NCBI GenBank assembly: GCA_965112735.1
Contig: OZ218961.1
Location: forward strand, 2,542,001 to 2,606,000
Source of the DNA: Phaeosaccion multiseriatum
Lineage: Eukaryota > Protista > Ochrophyta, other classes
Length of the DNA: 64,000 bases
Reading direction: 5' to 3'
Both the position numbers and the translations under genes were made by a program. Positions 13,357-25,660 of the stretch are shown here, piece after piece (the stretch's first letter is position 1; each line of letters begins with the position of its first letter). The notes under the pieces are model-generated. The model was given only the letters and a program-made list of their open reading frames with translations. It was not told the DNA's origin and did not search any database.

Positions 13357-14067
13357 TTAAACCTCATACTTGTTGACGCCATAGCACATGTCGTAGGTAC
13401 CCTTGCCGATGACACCGAGGCCGATGACCATGAGCCCGAGCGGGATGCCCGCGCGCACTTTATCGTACATGCCCGCCTTCAGGTACGTGGGGTTGTCGGC
13501 GCCTGTGTGGGTGTGTGTGTGTGTGTGTGTGTGTTGAGGAGGGAGAGGGGGAAAGGAGAGAGAGTTGGGGTGTTTTGAGAGGCGTGCGAAGGAGGAGAGA
13601 GAAGAGAGAGTGGAGGAGGGGGCAGGAGCAGAGCAGGGCTCATCAACAACTAACTGTGTTGTGGTTGCCATAATGGGGAGAGGGGGGGTTGAGGAGGTTC
13701 ACAGACCCCTCTCACTTCACCAATTTGACGACGGCATGGCCATCACCGGTATTGCTAAGATAAAAACTTTCTCTTCCCCAAAGGCGCATGGTTTTTCCTT
13801 CCTCCCCAGTCTCCAGTCTCCAGACACCTTCTCCGCCGAAGCAAGCAGCATGCTTCCACATCGTCCATCATCTTCCTTCCCTCTCCAGCCCCCTACATTA
13901 CCTTGAATGGGGCCTCCGAACTTCTTCTGCTGCTCTCGTACTTTTTGTAGCGCCTCTTCGGGGGACACGAAGAGGGTGCGGGACTGCTGCTGTTGGGGAG
14001 CTTTGAAGGCGGGGGAAGCCGCCAGCCGCCGGCATGCGGAAGCCGCTAGTCTCTGTGCCTGAGCCAT
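13357..14067 (-). CDS. Cytochrome c oxidase subunit VIIa-like protein with mitochondrial presequence. Exons 14067-13902, 13502-13357
   Basis: Arg/Ala-rich presequence MAQAQRLAASACRRLAAS..., then KVREQQKKF..G|ADNPTYLKAGMYD and a single TM helix. This resembles the COX7A pattern 'KV.EKQK.FQ....P.YLKGG..D'. Confidence 0.65.
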
Positions 14068-15878
14068 CGTTGGTTGCTGCTGGTTCTGTTGGTGGCGGTG
14101 TTTGGTATGTGGATGGTGGAGCTGAGAATTCCAAGCAGAGGGGAATCGAAACGAGGCAGAGGGAGGGATGGAAGCAGGAAGCAAGGGGGGAAACAAGGAA
14201 GAGGAGGCGTTAGTAGTGGGTGGGCGAGTGGGGCGAGCACGAGTGGGCCTGCAGACGAGAGAGGAGACGAGCACTCTAGAAAGGAGGTGGGGTGGGCAAG
14301 GAACGATATGAAGAGAGAAGAAGGGGGGGGCGTTTTGTGTGTCAATATGACAGAGCAGCAGCGAGAGGGAGAGCATTGGGTGCAAGCGTGCCGTACGTGG
14401 AGCGGGTCACGCGACTAGGAGAGGCAGGGAGGAGAGGAACAGAGCATTAAATAGCGGGGTGGTTGGACGTGACAGAGAGGGGGGTGGAGTGAAATGGGTG
14501 CGTCGGTGTCATGAAACAGACGCAACACAAGCGCAGAGGAAACGCAAACAACAGCAGCCGTCCGCTGCAAGACGATAAGGAAGGGATCGGCCCAACCTCC
14601 TTGCCTTCCTGTGCGCCAACGTCCCTGTCCTTCACTCACCAACAGGGAGACTTGGAGATGATTGAGTAGCGTCGAAAAATCATAGCCCCCTGGGGGAAAG
14701 GGATGGTAAAACTCGAGGAGAGGGAGGGAGAGTCAAGGAGAAGCAAACAAATAAGAGGGAGAGGGGCGCAGCAGCAAGAACAATACCTCCCCTGCGTGCG
14801 GATCAGTAGCAGCGTGCCTAGGGGAGACGAGGGGTGCGGCTGTCGACTGCGGGTGTGGTCGAAGCAGCAACATCGCCCCTTCGTTGTGGTCCAAAAGATT
14901 TTACAGCTGAGCCGGAGAGAGAACGTTCGTGTGAAAGGTGTGTACAAGCTTCACCACTCGCCCCCCAAACGCCTCTCGCGGTACCGTCAGCAGAGTCTCT
15001 TCTTCTCTGCGTGCTGCTTTCCCCGCGCCGCCCCCTCTCTGTGCGGGGGAGGAAGTCGAGGGGCGACAAGGGAGCGAAAGTTGCCACCCTCATACACATG
15101 TGGAGGGGGGGGGGGGGGATGACCTCTGAGACAGTGGAGTGGAACTGAATAGAGCGCCTTCCTTCCTCACCACCAACCTTCCCTCCCGCTGCTGTTCTAC
15201 CTCCCTCCAGAGTTCCGCTGCGGCTCGGCAGCGAACATCGTACAGGTAGAGGAGAGGAGGGGAGAAGCCAAACCGAGTCAGAGGAGTAAGAGCAGCAGAA
15301 GCCGCCAGATAGGGGCTGTGGTCCTTGCAAGATAACGGCGGCAGGAGGAGCAGCAGGAGGAGTGAGCTGTAGAGAAGTGTGAGCAGCGGCACCAACAGGA
15401 TTCAAGATAAGGATTTCGCAGCTTCAACACGAGGAGCGAGAGAGCCAGATACACGGCAGCAAAGTTCAGCAGGAAGTGAAACAGCAGCAGCAGTAGCAGC
15501 AGCGACAGCGACAACGACAGCGTCAGCACAGAGGGGAGGGACATAACGTACACATACATTAACTTGGTGTGCGAGGTTTCCACAATTGTATCTATTCGTC
15601 GTGAGAGCGAGAGTCAAAGCAGCAGAGGAGCAGCAGCAGCAGCAGGAGAAGGAGGAGGAGAAGTGAAGGAGGAGCAGCATAAGGAGGAGGATCAAACACA
15701 GCAACGCTTGCCATACCCATTACACAACGTGTGGCTTGCGGTAGGTCGGAGGGCTGACAGTACATAGGTGGAGAGATATAAGAGGAAAGGAAAGGACGGG
15801 AGAAGGGAGGCTCCTCTTGAACGAGGAGTAGGACAAGGGGAGAAGACAGGACAGCTCGCGGGCACTGATACCGAAAGC

Positions 15879-18601
15879 ATGGCGCACAACGGAGGCGGCC
15901 CCCCGCAAATGAATCAGAATCACGGCATGAACAACAACACCAACAACAACAAGCCACCAATGAACCAAAAGCACGGAATGAACCATAGCGGACAGCCCAA
16001 GCCGCCGCAACAGCAGCAGCAGCAGCAGCAGCAGAGGATGCAACAACCACCGCCACCTGCTCGACAGCAGCAACAGCAACAGCAACGCAGGCCAATGCCA
16101 CAGCAGCAGCAACAGCAACAACAACGACGACCGAACCCACAGCAAATGGGTGGAGGTGCCCCGCCTCCGCCCCCTCCGCCGCCTCCGACAATGGGAGGAG
16201 GAGGAGGAGGAGGAGGAGGAGGGGGGGGGGGAGGGGGAGGAACAGTAGCAGTAGCGGGAGGGGGAGGAGGGGGAGGAGGGGGAGGGGAGATAGTAGCAGC
16301 AGGAGCAGCAGCAGCGGCAGCAGCGGCGACAAGTGGAATGACTGGAGAAGACTACGCAGGTCTGGTGAAACCGGCCGCTGACGAACGCTTCCGGACGGAG
16401 GATGTAACCGCCACAAGGGGCAACGAGTTCGAGGATTACTTCCTCAAGAGGGAACTTCTCATGGGCATTTATGAAAAGGGTTTCGAGAAGCCCAGCCCTA
16501 TACAAGAGGAGGCCATCCCGGCCTTGCTGCAGGGGAGGAACTTGCTGGCTAGGGCCAAGAACGGAACGGGAAAGACGGCGGCTTTCATCATTCCTTGCAT
16601 TGAGAAGATCGACACTACAAAGAACCACATTCAGGTAGGTGGTACGGTGGGTGTGGTAGGCACCATGGCTCTCTGATGATTGCCCAACGGAAGTCGGAAT
16701 TGGAATCGGTGAATTGGAGGTCATCGTGGTGTCCTCTGTCTGCCGCCCTTGTTTATCGAATAGAGAGAGAGAGCGGATGGGCTTGTGTTTCTGAGCATTT
16801 GATTATTATTTATGTTTTTCAACCCTGCCTACCTCATCCTACCTGCGTCAGCCTGCCCATTATAAGGAACCCTCCCTCCCTCCCTCCCTCCCCGCAGGTG
16901 CTCATTCTCGTGCCCACGCGCGAGCTTGCCCTGCAGACCTCGTCCATCGTCAAAGAGATCGCCAAACACACGGAGGTTGAATGTATGGTGTCCACAGGGG
17001 GCACCGGCCTCAAGGACGACATTATGCGCCTCTACAACCCCGTGCACATCCTCGTTGGCACCCCGGGCAGAGTGCTGGACCTGGCTGAGAAGGTTGGTTC
17101 TTCGTTGTTTGGTGTGGGGTGTGCTCTCGGGGCGCTGGCTGGTTGGTTGGTTGGTTGGTTGGGTGCTTCGGTGATCTGTTTAGGCCTGTGGGGATTGACT
17201 GTCTTGCTCTCCATCGGGTATTACGTGACGCCTCACCTCCTCCTCCTCTTCCTCCTCCTCCTCCTCCCTCTGCTGTTGCTGCAGGGAGTGGCCAAGCTAC
17301 ACAACTGCACCACCATCATCATGGACGAGGCGGACAAGCTCCTCTCTCCGGAGTTCCAGCCCGTGCTTGAGCAGTTGGTGAACCACACCGCACCGAAGAG
17401 GCAGATTTGCCTGTTTAGTGCCACCTTCCCCATTACCGTCAAGGCCTTCAAGGTACGGAAGATATAAGCTCACTACCTCACACACATCAGCTCCTTGCGT
17501 CTTTGTCCTGTGCTCCTTCCTCTTTCCGTCGCACTCACTCACTCACTCAACAACACACTCCTCCGTCTGCATCACCCCCCCCCTCCTCCTGCTCCTCCTC
17601 CTGCTCCTGTATCATCAACAGGACCGCCACGTGCCCAACCCCTACGAGATCAACTTGATGGACGAGCTCACCCTCAAGGGCATCACGCAGTTTTACGCAT
17701 TCGTGCAAGAGCGTCAGAAGGTGAGAAAAGTGCCCCCTCTCTACCGTCACCCCTGATACTGATCCTGACACCCCTCGCCCTGATCTTGATACCCTTGACC
17801 CTTCCGATCCCGACACCACTTACCCTGATCCTCATCCTCATCCTCACCCTCACCCTCACCCTGATATATCGCACTGACTGGATCCTGACTGGCCTTGATC
17901 TGACACCTCTCACCCTGGCGTCTGGTCCTGACCCCCTGTACTGTGCTTGATACTTGACATTGGCAGGTGCACTGCCTCAACACTCTCTTCACGAAGCTTG
18001 ACGTCAACCAGTCCATCATCTTCTGCAACTCCGTCAACCGCGTTGAGCTGCTGGCCAAGAAGGTTAGTCATTCATGGCCAGTTCCTGGCGTCAGTCAGTC
18101 AGTCAGTCAGTCAGTCAGTCAAGTGCCTGAGCCTGAGTTTGTAATTCAGTCAGTGCCAGCCAGCCAAACCAAATGAGTCATAAGTCCTTTTCTCACACCT
18201 CATTGCCTTGTTCATTCCTCCTCTTCCACTCCACAATGCACCAGATCACGGAGCTGGGCTACAGCTGCTTCTACATCCACGCCAAGATGCAGCAAAGCCA
18301 CCGCAACCGCGTCTTCCACGAATTCCGTAACGGCGCCACACGCCACCTTGTGTCGTCAGACCTCTTCACCAGGGGTATTGACATTCAGTCCGTCAACGTT
18401 GTCATCAACTTTGACTTTCCCAAGAACGCAGAGACGTACCTGCATCGGATAGGTCGGTCTGGTCGCTTCGGGCACTTGGGTCTGGCCCTCAACCTCATTA
18501 CGTACGAGGACCGCTTCAAGCTCTTCCGCATCGAGAGCGAGCTGGGTACCGAGATCAAGCCCATCCCGTCGCAGATCGACCGCGACCTCTACTGCCGATA
18601 G
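15879..18601 (+). CDS. DDX6: DEAD-box RNA helicase DDX6/Dhh1/Me31B. Exons 15879-16634, 16898-17092, 17285-17452, 17622-17720, 17967-18062, 18245-18601
   Basis: Diagnostic [101 protein letters not shown]-terminal Q/N/P/G low-complexity region. Confidence 0.97.
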
Positions 18602-20108
18602 GCAGTCGGGGGGAGGCGGGGGGGCGGGGCTGACCACCAGCCACCAGGCGAGGAGGAGGAGGAGGAGGAGGAGGAGATGGCTTCCTCTCTTTCTCTCTCC
18701 ACTGGTGACAGACGGGCTGCCGGAGGTCAGCAACATGTCAACTCTAGCCGTGGGTGTCGAGGTGCTTTCTTCAAGTGGGGAGGGGCGGGACGGGTTGAGG
18801 CGATTGATGTGTGTGTGTGTGAGAGAGAGAGAGTGATTGATGGATCTCTCTCGCCCTCATACCCCTCAGCAAGACATGTATCTCGGAGTGCGGCGGCGAT
18901 GAGGCGACAGCAAAAAAAACAAATGGAGGAGAGAAAAAACTGGAGAGAATGAGAGGGCTCGGAGAGAGGGAGAGGACGGGCTGTTTTGTGTGTGGGTGTT
19001 TGGTTTTTTTTCTCCGTCGATGGGCGAATTTTGGGGGGGAGGGTTTGGTGCTGGCCACCGTTCCAAAGCAGGAGCTTGTGGCATCCTTCCCCCACCTCCT
19101 CGGCTGATCTTTCCCATGTCCTGATCCCCCTCCTTTTGTTTTCCTTCTACTCATCCCTTGGTCATGAGGGGCGGGGAGGAGAACGAGGGAGGGGAGGCAC
19201 GGAAGGGGGGAGAAGAAGCTGGGTGGGGTGGGGGTTTCGGAGATGCTTCGTTGCGATGATTGCGTTTGGGGGCGGCGGTGGTCAAGCGTTACCCTCCTCC
19301 TCACGAATTTTTGTGGACACCCAAAGCTTTGTGCGGGTGACGAGTTTGAGGAAGGGATGCGCGATGTGAAACTGTACTGCTGATGGGCAATGGTGCTGGG
19401 CTATCGCTGTGAATGACGACCCCTTTTCCGCTTTGGGGAGGGGTTTGACGACGGCGGCGTTTGGCACCATCGCGATCGGCTCAATGCGGCTTTTGTTGGA
19501 TTTTCTCTGCGTGTTTCTTTTTTGGGCTTCTTCCGCTACCTTGCCTTGTCTCTCCCTCTCGTTCTCATTTCTCTCTGAGAGAGATCGGAGAAGTTGGAGG
19601 AGGTTTGAGGTGTGAGGCAGGGAGAGGGACCAAGAGGAGAATGCAGGGGAATGAAAGAGAAGCGCGTTGGGCTGTGAAGTCGAGTGGTGTGGTTCTTGGG
19701 GCGGAGGACGAAGCAAAGGCAAAAGAAGAAAGAAGAGAGGCTGTTGGGAAGAAGGAGAAGAGGAGGACGAGGAGGAGGAGGAGGAGTGCGTGTAGAGTAG
19801 GATTGATAACAGCGGAGAATGGAGGCCTTTTGTCCACAACAACATCATCGTGCAATTCCTTCCTTACATACTTTGATCTATGCATGTAATCCCTGAGCCC
19901 ATGAGGAGCGTCGATGAGAAGGCCAAGTCACATTTGTTGACTTACTGTGGCCCAATTCTCAAATCGAAATTTACCACCTCAGCAGACGTGCCTAAATTAT
20001 CCCTCTCCAGTGACGATGAAGCTCGGCTTAGCAGTGGTAAGGAGGGCCGTGACTCTCACCTTGTAGAGGCATACGCGTAGGGGGCACTGTCTTCCCCAGT
20101 TGCCTGTG

Positions 20109-21451
20109 ATGGGTGGCGCGCGGCACCGGCCACGGTGGATGCCGGTACCACTGGTACTGCTCACCGTGCTTTGTTTGCTCTGCACGCTCTCCACTTCAAG
20201 CGCGCTTCTACTCGCCGGGCAGCGACTGAATTCCTTGGCACCGGGTGCCGCAGTGCGTAGAGGCCATGGGCTCGATTGGGAAGGTCGGACTGGGCGAGGA
20301 CGAGTGATGACTATGAAGGCCGTGAGCGGTGCCAAGAAGAGGATGAAGAAGCAGCGCGCAGCAGCATCCCTTGCAGCAGCAGCAGCGGCAGCATCAGGAG
20401 GAGGAGCCCCAGCAAGAGTGGACCCAACCACCAACATTAGCGTGAGAACGCAACAGAGATGGGGCAAGATCAACAAGGCCTTGCGCGACGAGGCGGCAGG
20501 GGGCAAGACCAGCTTTAGACAGACCAACAACGTGCCCAGAACCTCGTACCGCAAGGAGAAGGGAGCCGAGCCTGACTACGTGGAGCTCCCAGACTTGTCC
20601 AAGGTGAAGGTGACCAAGGTTAATGCTGCGTTGATGGTGGATGGGTACAACATTGTTCACTACTGGCCCAAGCTCAAGAAGAGGCTGCTGAGCGGACGCA
20701 TCGACGAAGCCCGAGACATGCTGGTAGCGGAGGTACGTAAGGGAGGGAAAGATGACGGAAGCGTTGCATTCTGTGGTTTAGACTGCGGAAGAGTGGTCAT
20801 CAACGGGTTGCCCTGCTCCCCACGCTCTACTGTCCCTCACGCCCTCTGTTCCTTCGTTCCTTCGCTCTTTTCCTGTTCCTTTTTTTTTCTCTGTATGTAT
20901 ACACATCGTTGCGTTCTTTCTCACATAGCTCGGGGAATTGGGGTCCATGAGGGGCTGGGATGTGACGTGCGTATTCGACGCCCAATTCACAAACGCCGAG
21001 ACGGTATCCTCCCACCACGATGGATTCGTGGATACTGTCTTTACTAGTAAAGGTGGGTATAGGGAGTGAGAACGATGGATAGAGAGAGAGGGGGGGGGGG
21101 TGATAGAGAGAGAGACAGAGACAGAGACAGAGACAGAGAGGGAGAGAGAGAGACAGGGAGTGAGAGAACAAAGGGGAAGACACTCTCTTTGCTATTGGGC
21201 ATCTCCCTCCCAAGTACGATACCCTCGTCGTGGCTTAGCGGGACTACCCTGAGAAGGAGAGTTGGCCCATCATCGAGTGGGATTGGTGGCTCAGCATGGA
21301 GGAGAGAAATCACACTCCGTCCTCCCTTTCTCTCCTCTCTTCCTCTCTCTCTCCCTCCCTCTCTCCTCTCTTCCTCTCTCTCACACACACATATATACAC
21401 ACACATATGCACGCACACCTCTCACACCTACTGTCGGGTCCTGCTGTGGCA

Positions 21452-21483
<32 letters not shown>

Positions 21484-22120
21484 TTTGTCTGTCTGTCTGT
21501 CTGTCTGTGTCTCTACAGGAATGGAGGCAGATGCCTACATCGAGGCTGCCGTGATGCGTCTTCATCACAAGCAGTGCCCCTCGATCATGATCGCCACAGA
21601 CGACAATACCGTCTCCAGCGTGGCCATGGGATGTGGAGCTTTGTGTATTAGCGCCAAGAAACTGGTGCAAGAGATCAACGTAGCCAAGAAAGAGGCCATG
21701 CATGTGCACGATACGTTTGTCAAGGAGAAGGAGGAGCAGATGGGCAGCGTGGGGAACACGCTCGAGGCGGCCATGGATGCAGATACTAAAGAGAAGATGG
21801 ATGTATTGGTCAAGGAGCTCTTCGCGATCAAGCAGAAGAAGGCCGAGGAGGAGAAGGAGAGGGAGCTGGAGATGAGGCGTAAGGTCAAGGCCGAGATGAT
21901 TGAGAAGGAGCTGGAGAGGGTCCGGTTGAGTAGGTTGAAGATTGAAGAGGACAAGCGTAGGGCAGAGACGATGGTAGGCCAGATGGGCAAGATGAAGGCG
22001 GACGACAAGGACAAGGAGTGGGAGGGGCGGGGGACCCAAATTGCGGGGATTGGGTCCGAGGTCACCCCCAAGAAGAAGGGGAAGAAGAAGAGAAAGAAGA
22101 AGAAAAAGTTGACGATATGA
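20109..22120 (+). CDS. YacP/Rae1-like NYN (PIN-like) domain ribonuclease, probably organelle (plastid) targeted. Exons 20109-20732, 20929-21052, 21519-22120
   Basis: LMVDGYNIVHYWPKL...EARDMLV, VTCVFDA, VFTSK|GMEADAYIE, IMIATDD..V...A.G.GA..ISAK.L match NYN_YacP motifs. N-terminal signal peptide (VPLVLLTVLCLLCTLSTSSA). Confidence 0.85.
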
Positions 22121-22589
22121 AGACAGGACTGAGGATGAATCCCATGAGGGAGTTGGAGGATGAGGATGGGCCCGAGGCCGAGCCCGACAGGCACTTGGCG
22201 GTGTGCGTTGGGAAGGGAAGGAAAGCGTCAGGTCTGGACGGCAGGGCATCAACAGTTGGTGATACAGCAGCAGCAGCAGCAGCAGCAGCAGGAGCAAGCA
22301 CATGGCCCGGTCCTCCCACCAGCAGAGAGTCGGTCTGCATAGCAGCAGCAGCGGCAGAGCTTCTGCACCAGTCACCGAGTGTGCACCACAGAAGATGATG
22401 AAGAGGGTCTGGACTCGAGAGGCGACGGATTGAGGTTTGCTGTTGTCCGTTCCAGCAGGGAAGGGAGCGTAGGGCTTGCTCCCGTAGCTCAGCGCCACAA
22501 CAAGAGCTCTTTTCCGATACGCTGGGCGGTTGGTAGTACGCAGCCTCGTCGCCACTTGCAGAGGGTTGGTCAGAGTCCAGAAGCTCCAG

Positions 22590-23000
22590 AAGCTCTAGAA
22601 GCTCTGCCGGGTTGGAGAGATGCGAGAAGCAAGCGAAGGGAGGGATGAAAAGAATGTGCCAGAGGCATGCGCGCATCAACAGGGAGGACAAGCCGAGATA
22701 CACCAGGGCTAAAGAAACCCCCCCCCTCCGTGATGGCGGTGGGCGGAGGAGGAGGAGGCATCCACGGGAGGGAAGCGTAAGAAGCGAGGAGCGAGGAAGC
22801 CGCGCACGCGCACCACCTCTCGCCCTATACCATCACAGGGAGCCCAAGGGGAGGAGCTGCCCAAGGGGAGGAGCTGCCCAAGGAGCGGAGCTGCCCAGCT
22901 GCACGCGAGCTGCGAAGGAGAGGAAGGCGCTCTATGTAGGGGATAGAGGTGCAGCTACCCAAGCGATTCCGCAGGTATACCATGAAGTGCTGTGGTGACT
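22590..23000 (+). pseudogene. Possible degraded gene fragment with one frameshifted C-x4-C-x-K-x-A-x-GG-x4-C-x2-H zinc-finger repeat
   Basis: tgc cgg gtt (C R V) is in a different frame from GAG AGA TGC GAG AAG CAA GCG AAG GGA GGG...TGC CAG AGG CAT (ERCEKQAKGGMKRMCQRH). No intact gene model was found. Confidence 0.3.
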
Positions 23001-24702
23001 GACATGAGATGAAAGACGAGGGTGTGGGCGGCCTCGAACAAAGGCGGCGCTGAGCCGCCGAGGCTTGAACGTGGGAGGGACGGAAGGGAAGCAGGGCCGA
23101 ACGACTTGAGAGCCCCAAGGAGAGCACTCACTTTCATTTCACTGGATGAAGATGAAGAGGGCAAAGGAATGAAGAAGAGGTACCTACCTACCTATCTGCC
23201 GGTATGACCCAACAAGGTCAAGCTACAATCCAATCCCTCAGCCAGACTCGCTGGCCTTTACCACCAGCGCAGCGATATATAACATCAATAGTATATATAA
23301 TATTAAAAAAAAAAAAAAAAAAAAAAAAACATACACACACATATATTTACATATAATATATATAATATATATATATATATATATAATTATCATATAATGG
23401 ATATACCACTCTCTCATGGATCAAGAGCGTATGGGAGCAATGGTCACGGCACAAACAGTAGGCCAAACGAAGAGAAACATGGAGTTGAGGTGCGATCTTG
23501 TGGCCGCGTCTGTGCCACAGAATCGAACAGAAGGAAACTCCAGCGGCGGCGGCGGCGGCGGAGGTCGAAAAGGGAAGAGGAAGAACGCGTGGGGGAGGAA
23601 GTGGCAAGAGAAAGAGAAGATGATGAAGAGAATCAGAACCGAAGGAAGAAAGAGCAGTCAGCGCCTTGGAGCAGTGCTGCGGCAGTGTAGCAGTAGATGG
23701 TTCTAGACGGCTCGGGGGGCTGGCGCGAAATAGAGTCAACAGAAATCTATCTGATATTGCTTGCAGTGAGGACACTTTCGCATGCTCCCTTCCGCAGATC
23801 CGAACGTGTCTTTGTTGGTGGCTGTGGAATGAATCAAGACGCACTGCTCAGTCTGCAGGTTCAGAACGAGGCATGGTAGATGGTAGATGCTGCTTGTTGG
23901 TCTGAACGGCGAGTGTGGGGGCTAAATTCGGCTCCCCACCCGCGAGGACCGAGCAAGCACAGAAGCTTCCATATCGACTCCAATAAGGTGTTCGATATCG
24001 ATATGATGATAAGGTCACATACTGAGTACGCTGAAAACTGAGAACTGCAAACTGCGAAGGTCGAGGACACTTTGAACAGCTCGCTCTCTCCAGGCACTCT
24101 GGACTGCTTCCTCTCTCGCCCTGCAACTCCTTCACGCACGCTTCGACCTTCTCACTCTTCTCAAAGGCCCCAAAGGATTAACTATGGCGCACCGAACAGT
24201 TATACACTGTCAAGAAGAAGAAGTCATCAATCTCTCTCTGTCCACAGCACGGGAGTGTCGAGGAGCGAGGAGCAGGTGGACGACGAAGGACTGGTGGGGA
24301 GACGACACTGGTTGTGGACAAGTGCTGGCCACAAAAAGGCACATCACTGCCTCGTCGAAACGAAGAAACGGTAAGTCTCTTTGTTTGTCTAGTGCTGCAT
24401 TCAAGGTCCTTAGCTCTCACGATGGTAATTCCCCAACCCTCAAGCTGTCCAAGCCACTACTCTATCCGGGGAATCGTTTAGGCGTTGGTTGGTTCCCTCT
24501 GTCCCCACTTCCGAGCTTATCATCAGGTATAGCACCATCCGCCTGCCCTCCCCCTCCTCCTCTCCATCCAACCCACATGCTTTCGACGGTGACCGTAGGC
24601 CTTCCTCCATCCAACCCTATCACCGACTCATCCAAAGAGCACAAAATATCCCTAGTGCTACGTACGTACATATATACTCTGCTGGCTGCTGCGCAAACAA
24701 CT

Positions 24703-25339
24703 TCAAAGGTTTGGTGCCCCGGCGCCCTTGTCGCCCCACTGTGACTCATTGTTCTTGCGGCTCTGCTGGCGGGTCATCCTAGCAGTGCGCTGCGCCTCCT
24801 TCTTCTTCCTCTTCTTCTTCTCCTGGTTAGTCTCAAAGTGCGACCGCCACCTCAAATCCATCATGTGGCCGCTGCGGTTCACATCTCTCTTGAATCGCAT
24901 CAGGGCGGACTCGAGCGGCTCGCCCTCCCCTACCGTCACCTCAACGTCCGCTGCCATCTTCAAGCCAGTTCCTGCTGGGGGGGGGGGGGGTAGAGCAGGG
25001 GGAGCAGCAGCAGCACGACCAGCACATGTGAGTAATAGCCTCTCCACTTTCCCTCCCAGGAACAAACTTGCACACTTCATGACACCACACACACAGCACA
25101 TACAAAAGGGGAAATACAGGTCTCATCCAATGCTCCGCCGCGGATGCATTCCTGCGTCTATGCACCCATCAAGCCGCTCTGTACTCGGTACACAATCGTC
25201 CATGCCTCCTCTAACCTGTTGCTGTTCCGCGCGGTGCGGCCGAGGCAGAGGGGGTGGTCGCCACCGAAAAAGCCCCAGGAGTCACGAATGCGTGGGCGAC
25301 ACCCAGGCAGAGCACTCCCATCGTGGCGATAACCTTCAT
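24703..25339 (-). CDS. rps21: Plastid-targeted 30S ribosomal protein bS21. Exons 25339-25216, 24971(or 24974)-24703
   Basis: Bipartite presequence [17 protein letters not shown]|FVTP. Mature part [51 protein letters not shown] matches the S21 consensus. Confidence 0.88.
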
Positions 25340-25660
25340 CGTTGCACTCAGAGGAGAAAGGTGGCAGGCGACAGGAAGGGGAAAGGAAAGCAACGTCTGA
25401 CGATGATTGACGGGAGCCGAGACGATTCATTTCAGTTTCAGCTTCTGATCATCTCCGAGCATATGGGTATGAGCAGTTGGATAAACCCGTCTAGTGACTC
25501 TCCCTCTTGCCCCAATCGCGTGCTGCTTGGGATCACGGGAGCGCAGCAATAGCCTTTGGAGCTCTGCGGTAGCCAGTAGGGCCAGGGAAGGGGTGCTGGA
25601 GGGAAGGGAGGTGGGAGAAGTACATCACAATAAAGAAGAGAGGGTGGGAGAGAGGGTGCC

